A DNA stretch of 64,000 nt, from NCBI GenBank assembly GCA_038065355.1, contig JBBTRC010000010.1:157844-221843 (forward strand), read 5' to 3'. Position 1 is the stretch's first letter, and every line of letters begins with the position of its first letter. A model generated the notes under the pieces. It was not told the origin of the DNA and searched no databases. It saw nothing but the letters and a program-made list of their open reading frames with translations. Below are positions 36,599-44,715 of this stretch, piece by piece. The position numbers and the translations under genes were made by a program. Source of the DNA: Patescibacteria group bacterium. Lineage in GTDB: Bacteria; Patescibacteriota; Minisyncoccia; Phycocordibacterales; UBA918.

Positions 36599-37368
36599 TT
36601 ACCAAAAAATCACCAGAAGAGATCGCGCTCTTAAAAGAAGGTGGAGCGATTTTGGGAAAGATGCTCCGCGAGCTTGGACAGGCGGCCACTGCCGGTACGA
36701 CAACGCTTGATCTCGATGACTTGGCGATGACGCTCGTCGAGAAATATAACGTTGAACCGGTCTTGCTTGGCTATCATCCAGGCTTCGCGCCGCGCCCGTA
36801 TCCGGCCGCTGTCTGTATTTCGGTAAATGAATGCGTTCAGCATGGCGTCCCCAGCGACACGGTAGTACTTAAAAACGGCGACGTGGTGAATATCGACATG
36901 TCGATAGGGCACAAAGGTTTTATTGTTGACAGCGGTATCACAGTCGGAGTGGGAGAAATTTCGCCGGAAGCCCGCAAGCTCCTCGCGGTCACCGAAGAAG
37001 CCTTGGCACATGGAATCAAAGCGGCCAAGCCCGGCAATCACATCGGTGATATTGGTCATGCCGTACAGACGTTTGTTGAGTCACGCGGTTTTTCGGTGGT
37101 GGAGGTGCTCTGCGGTCACGGCGTGGGTTACAAGGTGCATGAGGAGCCGACCATTCCGAACTTTGGCAAACCCGGTACCGGGCCAAAAATAGAAGTCGGC
37201 CACGTCTACGCCATCGAACCGATTGTAAATATGGGGAAGCCCGATGTGTACTTTGATGATGATGGCGACGGCTACAGTGTCTACACCAAAGACGGCTCGT
37301 GGAGCGCCCACTTCGAGCACACGGTCGCGATTACCGAAAATGGGCCACTCATTCTCACGAAAGCCTAG
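36595..37368 (+). CDS. map: methionine aminopeptidase type I
   Basis: 257 aa with pita-bread fold motifs and metal ligands conserved. Confidence 0.93.
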   Translation: MITKKSPEEIALLKEGGAILGKMLRELGQAATAGTTTLDLDDLAMTLVEKYNVEPVLLGYHPGFAPRPYPAAVCISVNECVQHGVPSDTVVLKNGDVVNIDMSIGHKGFIVDSGITVGVGEISPEARKLLAVTEEALAHGIKAAKPGNHIGDIGHAVQTFVESRGFSVVEVLCGHGVGYKVHEEPTIPNFGKPGTGPKIEVGHVYAIEPIVNMGKPDVYFDDDGDGYSVYTKDGSWSAHFEHTVAITENGPLILTKA

Positions 37369-37422
37369 TTGTATATGCAACGAGAAATCGTTATACTGCG
37401 GCATAATTTTTAACTAATTTGT

Positions 37423-38028
37423 ATGGGGAAACAACCACACCAAGAGCGTTCGCTTGTACTGTTAAAACCTGACACGGTGCAGCGTTCTTTGGTGGGCGAG
37501 GTAATCAAGCGCTTTGAACAAACCGGCCTCAAGATCAGCGCCATGAAAATGACGGTAGCGACCGAAGCGCAACTCTTGGTGCACTACAACAAAAGTGACG
37601 AGTGGTATGAGCGGAAAGGCAAGGGGATTGTCGAGGAGCGGAAAGCGCAAGGTAAGCCTATTACCAAAGAACCAATCGAGTACGGAAAGGATATCATCCG
37701 CACCATCGTGCACTATATGACGGCCGCACCGGTGGTCGCTCTCATTCTAGAGGGTAATAAAGCCGTTAGTGTTGTCACCAAAATTGTCGGTACCACCGAG
37801 CCGTCTACCTCCGACGTCGGGACGATTCGCGGTGACTACACGGTGGATTCCTACGCACATGCCACCTACGAAAACCGAGCCGTGCGTAACTTGGTACATC
37901 AGTCTGAATCACCAGAGGAAGCTGAACGAGAGATCGCTATTTGGTTTACTGAAAATGAGATTATGTCGTACGCGACGGCGCAGGAGCGCATTATGTACGA
38001 CGTGAATTTCGACGGCACGGCCGAATAG
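37423..38028 (+). CDS. ndk: nucleoside diphosphate kinase with a ~50 aa insertion
   Basis: LKPDTVQRSLVGEVIKRFE, TIRGDY and NLVHQSES motifs. The insert (HYNKSDEWYERKGKG...) lies after the first third of the protein. Confidence 0.8.
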   Translation: MGKQPHQERSLVLLKPDTVQRSLVGEVIKRFEQTGLKISAMKMTVATEAQLLVHYNKSDEWYERKGKGIVEERKAQGKPITKEPIEYGKDIIRTIVHYMTAAPVVALILEGNKAVSVVTKIVGTTEPSTSDVGTIRGDYTVDSYAHATYENRAVRNLVHQSESPEEAEREIAIWFTENEIMSYATAQERIMYDVNFDGTAE

Positions 38029-38063
38029 TTCAAAATTGTGCCACTAACTTTGTCGCACTACTT

Positions 38064-38099
38064 TAAAACGGCGGGCCCTTCGGGCCCGCCGTTTTTTTA
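38064..38099 (+). terminator. strong terminator after ndk
   Basis: aaaacggcgggccc ttc gggcccgccgttttttt. Confidence 0.85.
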
Positions 38100-38330
38100 C
38101 ACTTTAAACTCCAGACCTCACCCACCTCACCAGCGTGCGCTCCGGGGCGCTAGCCCGAGTCTTACCCGCCGCCAAGGTGAGTGTTGCAAAGATCATGATA
38201 CATTACGAGGTGGAGTCGTGCCGGCGGGTTCGCGTTCGCTGTGTCGGAGACGAAAATCTAGGACTCTTAGGACTCCAGTCCCTGGAAACTTAGTTCTTGG
38301 CCCTGTGTGTAAACACGGGGCCATCTTTTT
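38100..38330 (+). ncRNA. candidate structured ncRNA (unclassified), terminated by a GNRA-loop hairpin plus a U-run
   Basis: GC-rich region with nested complementary segments (cctcacc/ggtgagtg; cccgccg/cggcggg), a 9 nt direct repeat (taggactct, taggactcc) and a terminal hairpin ggccctgtgt gtaa acacggggcc followed by atcttttt. The overlapping 113 aa ORF has no coding features. Confidence 0.3.
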
Positions 38331-38352
38331 GATATGTTACAATAATTCATGG

Positions 38353-38530
38353 AACCGCATCCCGTATATTCCCGAATAAAAGAGCATGGGAGTTCGAACT
38401 CGCAGGAAGCTATGAGGCTCCGAAAGGTGCTTCAGAAACGACTTGGATAGAACACCCACCTGGCTTTCGTCAGGGATATGCGCTTTGCGGTTCCGCTCAA
38501 AAACACCTCTCTCGAGGTGTTTTTTAATAA
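38353..38530 (+). ncRNA. second candidate structured RNA: ~135 nt element closed by a long-range 9-13 bp helix, followed by a terminator
   Basis: ggaaccgcatccc (38353-38365) pairs with gggat-atgcg...tgcggttcc (38466-38487). It contains an internal GNRA hairpin (gaggctcc gaaa ggtgcttc) and ends with the terminator aaaaacacctctc tcg agaggtgtttttt (38499-38528). Confidence 0.3.
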
Positions 38531-38555
38531 TGTCTGCGTGCTAGTATAGCTAGAC

Positions 38556-38927
38556 ATGCTCCAGCCGATCGTACTCGTTTTTCTCTTCTTCGGTGTCATT
38601 TTTGCCGCTACGCATACGCTGGCGGTCGATGCGTCTTTGTATTGGTACTACCCGTGGTTTGATGTGGTCATGCATACGTGGGGCGGCGTTATGGTTGCGC
38701 TTGGAGTGCTCGCACTCAAGACTTTGAAACCTTTTCGGGACATCCCTGCTTTTTGGTTTTTTATCACCGCCCTCGCTCTCGCCATCGTGAGCTGGGAAAT
38801 TTTTGAATGGTATGCTGGTTTGTATGATCCGGAGACGCACGTGCGCGATACGATAGAAGATGTGGCTCTCGGCACGTTCGGCGGGCTTGTCACCTTTTAT
38901 CTACTTACGCACAAGAAAAATCGATAA
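38556..38927 (+). CDS. small hypothetical membrane protein (3-4 TM)
   Basis: 123 aa hydrophobic ORF. Confidence 0.5.
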   Translation: MLQPIVLVFLFFGVIFAATHTLAVDASLYWYYPWFDVVMHTWGGVMVALGVLALKTLKPFRDIPAFWFFITALALAIVSWEIFEWYAGLYDPETHVRDTIEDVALGTFGGLVTFYLLTHKKNR

Positions 38928-38930
38928 TCT

Positions 38931-40295
38931 ATGGCAACCTTAGGTTTTTACGGAGGAGTTGGTTCGGTCACGGGGGCGAATTTCATGCTTGATACTGGAA
39001 AGCTAGCTCTCCTGGTTGACTGCGGACTTGAACAGGGAAATGACTTTGCTGGCAACAGCAACGCAAAGGCGTTTGTGTATGATCCGGCGGCGGTTGACGT
39101 ACTTCTAGTGACGCACGCCCACGCTGACCATATCGGCCGGATTCCCAAGCTCGTCCGCGACGGCTTTAAGGGAGTAATTTACTCAACCCCGCCAACCAAA
39201 GAACTCTGCCGTATCATGTTTGACGACGCGCTCCACATCATGGAGTACGAGGCCAAGCGTGATAAGCGTGAGCCGCTCTTTGGCGCCGCTGATATCGACC
39301 GTGCACTCTCGCTCTGGCAAACCAAGCCGTACCGAGAGCCTTTTAGTGTCGGCGATGGCATCACGGCCGAACTGTACAACGCCGGACACATTCTTGGTTC
39401 AGCCTTTTTCGAACTAACGCGCGGAGACAAAAAAATCGTCTTTACCGGCGACATCGGCAACACCCCACAGCCGCTTCTTTCGCCGCCCGATATTCCAAAA
39501 GAGTATGACTATCTCTTGATGGAAAGTGTCTACGGTGACCGCGTACACGAGGAAGTCGATGAACGAACGGCGCTTCTTCAGCACCACATTGAAGACGCGA
39601 TTGCGAAGCAGGGAACTCTCATTATTCCAGCCTTTTCACTGGAGCGTACGCAAGGCATGTTGTTTGAAATTAACAATCTCGTTGAGTCCGGCGCCATTCC
39701 GCCGATTAAAACGTATCTCGACTCTCCGCTCGCGATTCGCGTGACTGACGTCTACCGACATTCGCTCTCGTATTTGAAAACCGAAGTGCAGGAGCAGATC
39801 AACGCCGGCGATGATATTTTCTCGTTTGAGGGCCTCTCTTTTACCGAAACGGTCAAAGAATCAAATCAGATTGCTCGCTTCGGCGGCCCGAAAATAATCA
39901 TCGCCGGCTCGGGCATGAGTCACGGCGGGCGGATTCGCGAGCACGAAAAACAATTTCTCGACGACCCGCGCACCACCGTGCTTCTGGTCGGCTACCAAGC
40001 AGTCGGTGGTGTCGGCCGATTGCTCCAAGACGGAGCCAAGCAGGTATGGATTGATGGAGTGAGCGTGCGTGTCAAAGCCAAAATCGCGATGATCAGAGGC
40101 TATTCAGGCCACGCCGACCGCAACCAGCTCATCGACTTTGTGTATGCCGGCACCGAAAAGAAAAAGCCGAAACAGGTGTTTGTGACCATGGGCGAAGAGC
40201 GCTCCTCACTTTTCCTCACCCAACGCCTACGTGACTATCTGGGTGTGAACGCCATCGCTCCCGAAGCCAATGCTGAAATTGAGATCGATTTTTAA
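38931..40295 (+). CDS. MBL-fold metallo-hydrolase of the beta-CASP (RNA-metabolising) type
   Basis: 454 aa with the HxHxDH motif (THAHADHIG), downstream Asp/His motifs and a C-terminal RNA-specificity-like domain. Confidence 0.75.
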   Translation: MATLGFYGGVGSVTGANFMLDTGKLALLVDCGLEQGNDFAGNSNAKAFVYDPAAVDVLLVTHAHADHIGRIPKLVRDGFKGVIYSTPPTKELCRIMFDDALHIMEYEAKRDKREPLFGAADIDRALSLWQTKPYREPFSVGDGITAELYNAGHILGSAFFELTRGDKKIVFTGDIGNTPQPLLSPPDIPKEYDYLLMESVYGDRVHEEVDERTALLQHHIEDAIAKQGTLIIPAFSLERTQGMLFEINNLVESGAIPPIKTYLDSPLAIRVTDVYRHSLSYLKTEVQEQINAGDDIFSFEGLSFTETVKESNQIARFGGPKIIIAGSGMSHGGRIREHEKQFLDDPRTTVLLVGYQAVGGVGRLLQDGAKQVWIDGVSVRVKAKIAMIRGYSGHADRNQLIDFVYAGTEKKKPKQVFVTMGEERSSLFLTQRLRDYLGVNAIAPEANAEIEIDF

Positions 40296-40296
40296 C

Positions 40297-40968
40297 ATGG
40301 AAAAAGAGCAACAAATACGAAGTGGAATCGTTTGGGTTGTTTCTGGACTACTTACAGTTTCGTATGGCGGTATCGGTCTGCTCGGCTACCAACTTCCAGG
40401 CGTCGAACAGTTGGTGAAGCTGTTGTCACAGGTTGAGGGTTGGCAGATTTATTTGGCAGCCTCGATTTCGATATTCATTGAAGGTTTGTATTTTCTAAGT
40501 AGTCTATTTCCGGGTACCACCATTATTATGTTGTTGGCTATTTTCTCTCAGACATTCAGCTGGATTTCTTTTGCTCTGACTATCGTTTTTATTTTTATTG
40601 GATGGTGTGCCGCAAGTTTTGCCAACGTATGGTTCGCAAAATTTTATGGAGTAAAAGTGCTGAAAAACAAATCATCCAAAGTGGATGTGAGCAACAATAT
40701 TTTGATATCATGGTTTCCAGTTTTTCGAGCGACACAAGAAGTAGCCGAGATTGTTGCCGGCCGCGGTGTTCTCGAAGTTTTGCATTCAACATTTATCATA
40801 AAATTCTGGGCTAGTGTCGGAGCAACAGTCTATCTAGTCTGGTTCATTTTACTCTTTGACATTCCCCAGATGAATAACGAGGAAGGTTTCATATCCCTTT
40901 TATTCTTTGGCATTGTTTCTATCGGTGTTGGGTGCTTTGAAATTTATAAAGCAAAAAAATTGCCGTGA
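40297..40968 (+). CDS. hypothetical membrane protein (~6 TM)
   Basis: The start is taken at ATG 40297, 2 nt after the upstream stop. Confidence 0.5.
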   Translation: MEKEQQIRSGIVWVVSGLLTVSYGGIGLLGYQLPGVEQLVKLLSQVEGWQIYLAASISIFIEGLYFLSSLFPGTTIIMLLAIFSQTFSWISFALTIVFIFIGWCAASFANVWFAKFYGVKVLKNKSSKVDVSNNILISWFPVFRATQEVAEIVAGRGVLEVLHSTFIIKFWASVGATVYLVWFILLFDIPQMNNEEGFISLLFFGIVSIGVGCFEIYKAKKLP

Positions 40969-40995
40969 GCTTTAGCTCACGGCAATTTTTCGCGT
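40958..40995. terminator. bidirectional terminator between convergent genes
   Basis: aaaaaaattgccgtgagc ttta gctcacggcaatttttcgc. Confidence 0.8.
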
Positions 40996-41000
40996 GAAGT

Positions 41001-41348
41001 TTATTTTGCTATTTCAGCCACTACCCGATTGAAGGCTTCCGGCTTTTCTACGGCGAGAATCGCCAGTACCTTGCGGTCGAGGGTAATACCCTTATCCTTG
41101 AGCATTTTGATGAAGCGGCTGTACTTGACGCCATGAGGAGTGAGTGCCGCGTTGATGCGCACTGTCCACAAACGGCGGAAATCGCCCTTTTTATTCTTGC
41201 GGTGATCAAACGCATGCGACTGCGCATGATAGATAGCGTCGCGAGCCGCGCGCTTCTTTTTTGAGCGCTGGATGCGGTATCCCTTTACTTCGTCGAGGAT
41301 ATTGCGTCGGCGTTTTTGGGCCATCAGGCCTCCTTTTACACGTGCCAT
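41001..41348 (-). CDS. rplT: 50S ribosomal protein L20
   Basis: 115 aa L20 family (MARVKGG...). Confidence 0.95.
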   Translation of the reverse strand: MARVKGGLMAQKRRRNILDEVKGYRIQRSKKKRAARDAIYHAQSHAFDHRKNKKGDFRRLWTVRINAALTPHGVKYSRFIKMLKDKGITLDRKVLAILAVEKPEAFNRVVAEIAK

Positions 41349-41510
41349 ATGTATTGAGTAATTATTGGTGAGTTCGGTTTTGTAAGTTGATTAGGTTTCA
41401 AAATTTGCTGTAGCTACAGGGCGCGTGAGGAAATATTCATGAGGTGTACTTGGCGTACAGTGAATGAATATTTCCGAAACGCAACGACGTAGATGCAGCA
41501 ATTTTAAAAT

Positions 41511-41702
41511 CTAAGCGCCGGTGCCAGGCAAAAAACGACGAGTGATCCGCTTGCTCATGGTAAGAGACTGCGCGCGCTTGCGGCGAAGTCGTTGCCGGCC
41601 GGTCTGACGAGCGTTAAAGTGGTTTTGTCCTTGGCGACGCGCGACAAGCTTGCCGTTTTTGGTCACTTTAATGCGCTTGGTGAATGATTTGTTTGTTTTC
41701 AT
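41511..41702 (-). CDS. rpmI: 50S ribosomal protein L35
   Basis: The start is taken at MKTNKSFTKRIKVTKNGKLVARR. L35 family. Confidence 0.85.
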   Translation of the reverse strand: MKTNKSFTKRIKVTKNGKLVARRQGQNHFNARQTGRQRLRRKRAQSLTMSKRITRRFLPGTGA

Positions 41703-41800
41703 AGTAAAAATGGGATGATCGGGCATTGCCAAGAGAAGCGGCAAAGTGGCAAGAATATACCGTATTTATGGTTTTTTATCAAGTTTTAAGCTCTTGGCCT

Positions 41801-42472
41801 CTACACCATGCCGGCGTCGAGGAGCTCATCGAGAGACTTCTTTTTTGATTTCTGTTCTGAGGGTACGGACGGCTTGTCTGTCGATTTTTCTGGCGTTTCG
41901 GCGGCTACTTTTTGCTTTTGTGGTTTACTGCCAGCTACTCGTTCAAGCGTAGTGCTAAAGCCTTTTGGACTCTTTTTTACCGGATCAGCCACTTTATATT
42001 CGGTTGGAATGATCTTTAGAAAACGGTCTAAGCGCTCTTTAAGAAATCCTTCCTCCATGTATTTATAGCGACCCCAGAGGAAGAGATCAATCTTGACGCG
42101 GTGGCCTTCTTCGAGCCACTCGGCGATTCGCTTGGCCTTGAGCAGTTGGTCGTGCTCGCCGGTGCCGATTTTTACCTGCACGCTTTTGGTTTCGGTGACG
42201 TGCGATTTAGCTTTCACTTCACGTGCTTTTCGGCCAGTCTCGTACCGATATTTGCCGTAGTCCATGATCTTGGCGACGGGTGGGGTGGCAGTCGGAGAAA
42301 TTTCTATCAGGTCAAGTTTAAATTCCTCGGCCTTTTTGAGCGCCTCTGCCAGTTTGAGCGTACCAAGGTTGTCGCCATGAGGGCCGATGACACGGAGTTC
42401 TGGTGCTTTGATAGCATGGTTAATTTTTGTTCGTGTGTCTTTCCCCCCGCTCGCCCGATATGGTGTTCGCAA
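41801..42472 (-). CDS. infC: translation initiation factor IF-3 with a C-terminal Lys-rich extension
   Basis: IF3 N- and C-domains (LDLIEISPTATPPVAKIMDYGKYRYE). A ~50 aa K/P/S-rich tail follows. Confidence 0.9.
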   Translation of the reverse strand: MRTPYRASGGKDTRTKINHAIKAPELRVIGPHGDNLGTLKLAEALKKAEEFKLDLIEISPTATPPVAKIMDYGKYRYETGRKAREVKAKSHVTETKSVQVKIGTGEHDQLLKAKRIAEWLEEGHRVKIDLFLWGRYKYMEEGFLKERLDRFLKIIPTEYKVADPVKKSPKGFSTTLERVAGSKPQKQKVAAETPEKSTDKPSVPSEQKSKKKSLDELLDAGMV

Positions 42473-42565
42473 ATTTGTGTGGCTTATGATGTAAGGCAGG
42501 ACAGCCCGTGTATGCTGTCGTGTTGACCAAAATGTACCACACCGCCGTTGGTTTGCAAGAGATTT

Positions 42566-43576
42566 CTAACCTTGTGCGGGCGTGACAGCCTTTCGCTCGC
42601 GTAAGGAAGAACGGTAGGCGAGGCCAACAAAGACGAGGCCGACGAGACCAGTGATGATTTCCGGCACATGGACAACGAGGCTCGCGAGCATGGCGGCCGC
42701 CAGCCCAAAAATAGCCCAGTGCGCGCCGTGCTCGAGGTAGACGAGTTCGGTGAGCGTTTTTGCCCGCACAAAGTAGAGCGTGAGTGCCCGCACAAAGTAG
42801 GCGCCAATGCCGAGTCCCACCACTATGATGAGGAGGTTGTTGGTGAGCGCGAATGCACCAACGACGCCGTCGAGCGAGAAGGCCGAGTCGAGAATGTTCA
42901 GGTACACAAAGAGCGCGAGGCCGGCACCAGCAATGTCTTTTGATTCAATTGAAAGCGAGCCAGCAACTCCTTCCATAATGATGAAGAGTACGAGGCCGAT
43001 GATACCAGCGATGATCACCCCCACCTGATCGTAGTTGGTAAAAAAGGAGAGTGTCGCGAGCAATATAAGTGCGAGCGCGATTTCGACCGCTTCAAACCGT
43101 CCCCATTTCACGAGGTGGCGTTCAATAGCGGCGATCCAATGTCGCTCTTTAGCTTTATTAAAAAAGTACTTGAGTGCGACCATGAACAAGAAAATTCCGC
43201 CGAAAGCGGCAATCGATCCCTGCACCCCTTCAAGAAGACGACCGTACTCAGCGGCGTCGGTGAAGGCGAGAAGAGTCACCTGCCACGGCGACTTAAAAAC
43301 AGCCACGCTCACTATAAGAATCGGCAAGATGAAGCGCGTCCCAAAGACCGCAATCGCGATACCCCAGGTAAGAAAACGACGTTGCCAGCGCTCGCTCATG
43401 CGTTCGAGCACTTTCGCGTTGACAACGGCGTTGTCGAAGGAGAGAGTCACCTCCAACACCGACAAAATAATGACGAGAAAGAAGGCTTGAATACCGACGT
43501 AGTACCACACCACCGCACAGGCAATGAACGACAGCACAACCGGCCAAATAAAAAATGAATAGACGCTATTTTTCAT
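42566..43576 (-). CDS. TerC/DUF475-family integral membrane protein
   Basis: 336 aa multi-TM protein with the LSFDNAVVNA motif. Confidence 0.65.
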   Translation of the reverse strand: MKNSVYSFFIWPVVLSFIACAVVWYYVGIQAFFLVIILSVLEVTLSFDNAVVNAKVLERMSERWQRRFLTWGIAIAVFGTRFILPILIVSVAVFKSPWQVTLLAFTDAAEYGRLLEGVQGSIAAFGGIFLFMVALKYFFNKAKERHWIAAIERHLVKWGRFEAVEIALALILLATLSFFTNYDQVGVIIAGIIGLVLFIIMEGVAGSLSIESKDIAGAGLALFVYLNILDSAFSLDGVVGAFALTNNLLIIVVGLGIGAYFVRALTLYFVRAKTLTELVYLEHGAHWAIFGLAAAMLASLVVHVPEIITGLVGLVFVGLAYRSSLRERKAVTPAQG

Positions 43577-43648
43577 GAGTGGATTGATCCAAGAAGCCGA
43601 AGCTTATACCTATGTCAACATTCTAGCAAATGGTACAATCAAAACCAC

Positions 43649-44230
43649 ATGAGTGACGAGACATCAGTAGCAAAAAAGCCAAAACGAGCACCTCGTCGGC
43701 CGTCGGCAACGCGTGTCCGCAAAATAACTGCCGAGCAACCGGCGGTGCGCGAGTCTGAAGTGGAAACTTTGCCAAGAGAGAGTGGGCGGAAAGCGCCGAC
43801 ACCGATGGCGCGCGAGCGTGCGAGCTCGCGTCGACAACGCAATCATATTGTGGTGGCGATAATCGTCTTCCTCCTCGGTGTCGGCGCTTCAGCTGCTGTC
43901 GGCGTGACCGACGAGGGCCGCATTGACGTGATAAAAGCGATCGAAGAACGCAATGAGCGCATTCGCGCCAACACGCCAGATGCGCGTGACTCAGGCACCC
44001 CGACGGACATTGTCGTGCCGGTGCAAAACACCAACCGCGGTCCGGCTCTGGTGCCGCTACCTGACGAACAGTTACCACTAAGAGAGACGAACAGCTCTTC
44101 AACCGCGAGCAGTACCACCAGAACAGACGAAGTAGCCTCAAGCACCGAAGCGACAACCACCACTTCAACAGACGTCGAACCAGTCTTTGTCACTGATCCA
44201 TTTGAACCGGTCGTTGAACCTACGAATTAG
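43649..44230 (+). CDS. hypothetical single-pass membrane protein with a basic N-terminus and an S/T-rich C-terminus
   Basis: 193 aa. Its 3' end overlaps the convergent SET gene by 4 nt. Confidence 0.5.
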   Translation: MSDETSVAKKPKRAPRRPSATRVRKITAEQPAVRESEVETLPRESGRKAPTPMARERASSRRQRNHIVVAIIVFLLGVGASAAVGVTDEGRIDVIKAIEERNERIRANTPDARDSGTPTDIVVPVQNTNRGPALVPLPDEQLPLRETNSSSTASSTTRTDEVASSTEATTTTSTDVEPVFVTDPFEPVVEPTN

Positions 44231-44637
44231 TTTTTGGATGCTTGTGTCCGCGCCGGAATTTTACAATTTTCACAACGGCAGCCAAGCGGATAAATATATT
44301 CTTTGCAGTAGGTGGTGCCGTAATCGTAGGTCAGTTCCTCGCCGGGCAGAATTTTCTTTTTGGCGTAAATAAAAACTCGTCGCGCCCGCTCGTCAACTTC
44401 AGGGTAGCAGTTCGGTGTACAGCTGTGGTTGATGTAGCGCGCGAGGTTCTTTCTGTCCTTGCCGTCGATGGTCCACCTGGTATTGATTTCAAATAAATAT
44501 TTACCGCCACGCCGATTGGCTTCGTCTTCAGAAATACGTTCTCCGATGTATTCTGCCACCAGTTCTCCTCGTTTAAATACATCATTGGCAAAAAGACCAA
44601 GACCGGCTCGACTTTTTTTAACTCGTACGCGTGACAT
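44227..44637 (-). CDS. bacterial SET-domain protein (putative protein-lysine methyltransferase)
   Basis: 136 aa with GLGLFA...YIGE, NHSCTPNC and ELTYDYG motifs, plus a Cys-rich post-SET segment (CRCENCK). Confidence 0.8.
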   Translation of the reverse strand: MSRVRVKKSRAGLGLFANDVFKRGELVAEYIGERISEDEANRRGGKYLFEINTRWTIDGKDRKNLARYINHSCTPNCYPEVDERARRVFIYAKKKILPGEELTYDYGTTYCKEYIYPLGCRCENCKIPARTQASKN

Positions 44638-44715
44638 GCCGGAGAGTATAACAGACTCGTCTCTTTACACAGAGTTTTTATAACAAGTGCCTAAAAACTT
44701 GTTAGAATACTTACA

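Noticed and set aside
38038-38379. 113 aa + strand ORF downstream of ndk.
   Set aside because: It overlaps the ndk terminator hairpin, is Pro/Arg/Gly-rich low-complexity, and the region has strong RNA-like secondary structure. It is treated as non-coding.
38380-38410. tRNA-like T-loop motif gagttcgaactc.
   Set aside because: No flanking acceptor, D-arm or anticodon-arm complementarity; it is not a tRNA.
38100-38530. Possible RNase P RNA, SRP RNA or 6S RNA.
   Set aside because: I searched both strands for the conserved boxes (GGAAAGUCCGG / ACAGAACCCGGCUUA for RNase P; the GNRA-capped domain IV with AGCAGC for SRP) and did not find convincing matches. The region is left as an unclassified structured RNA candidate.
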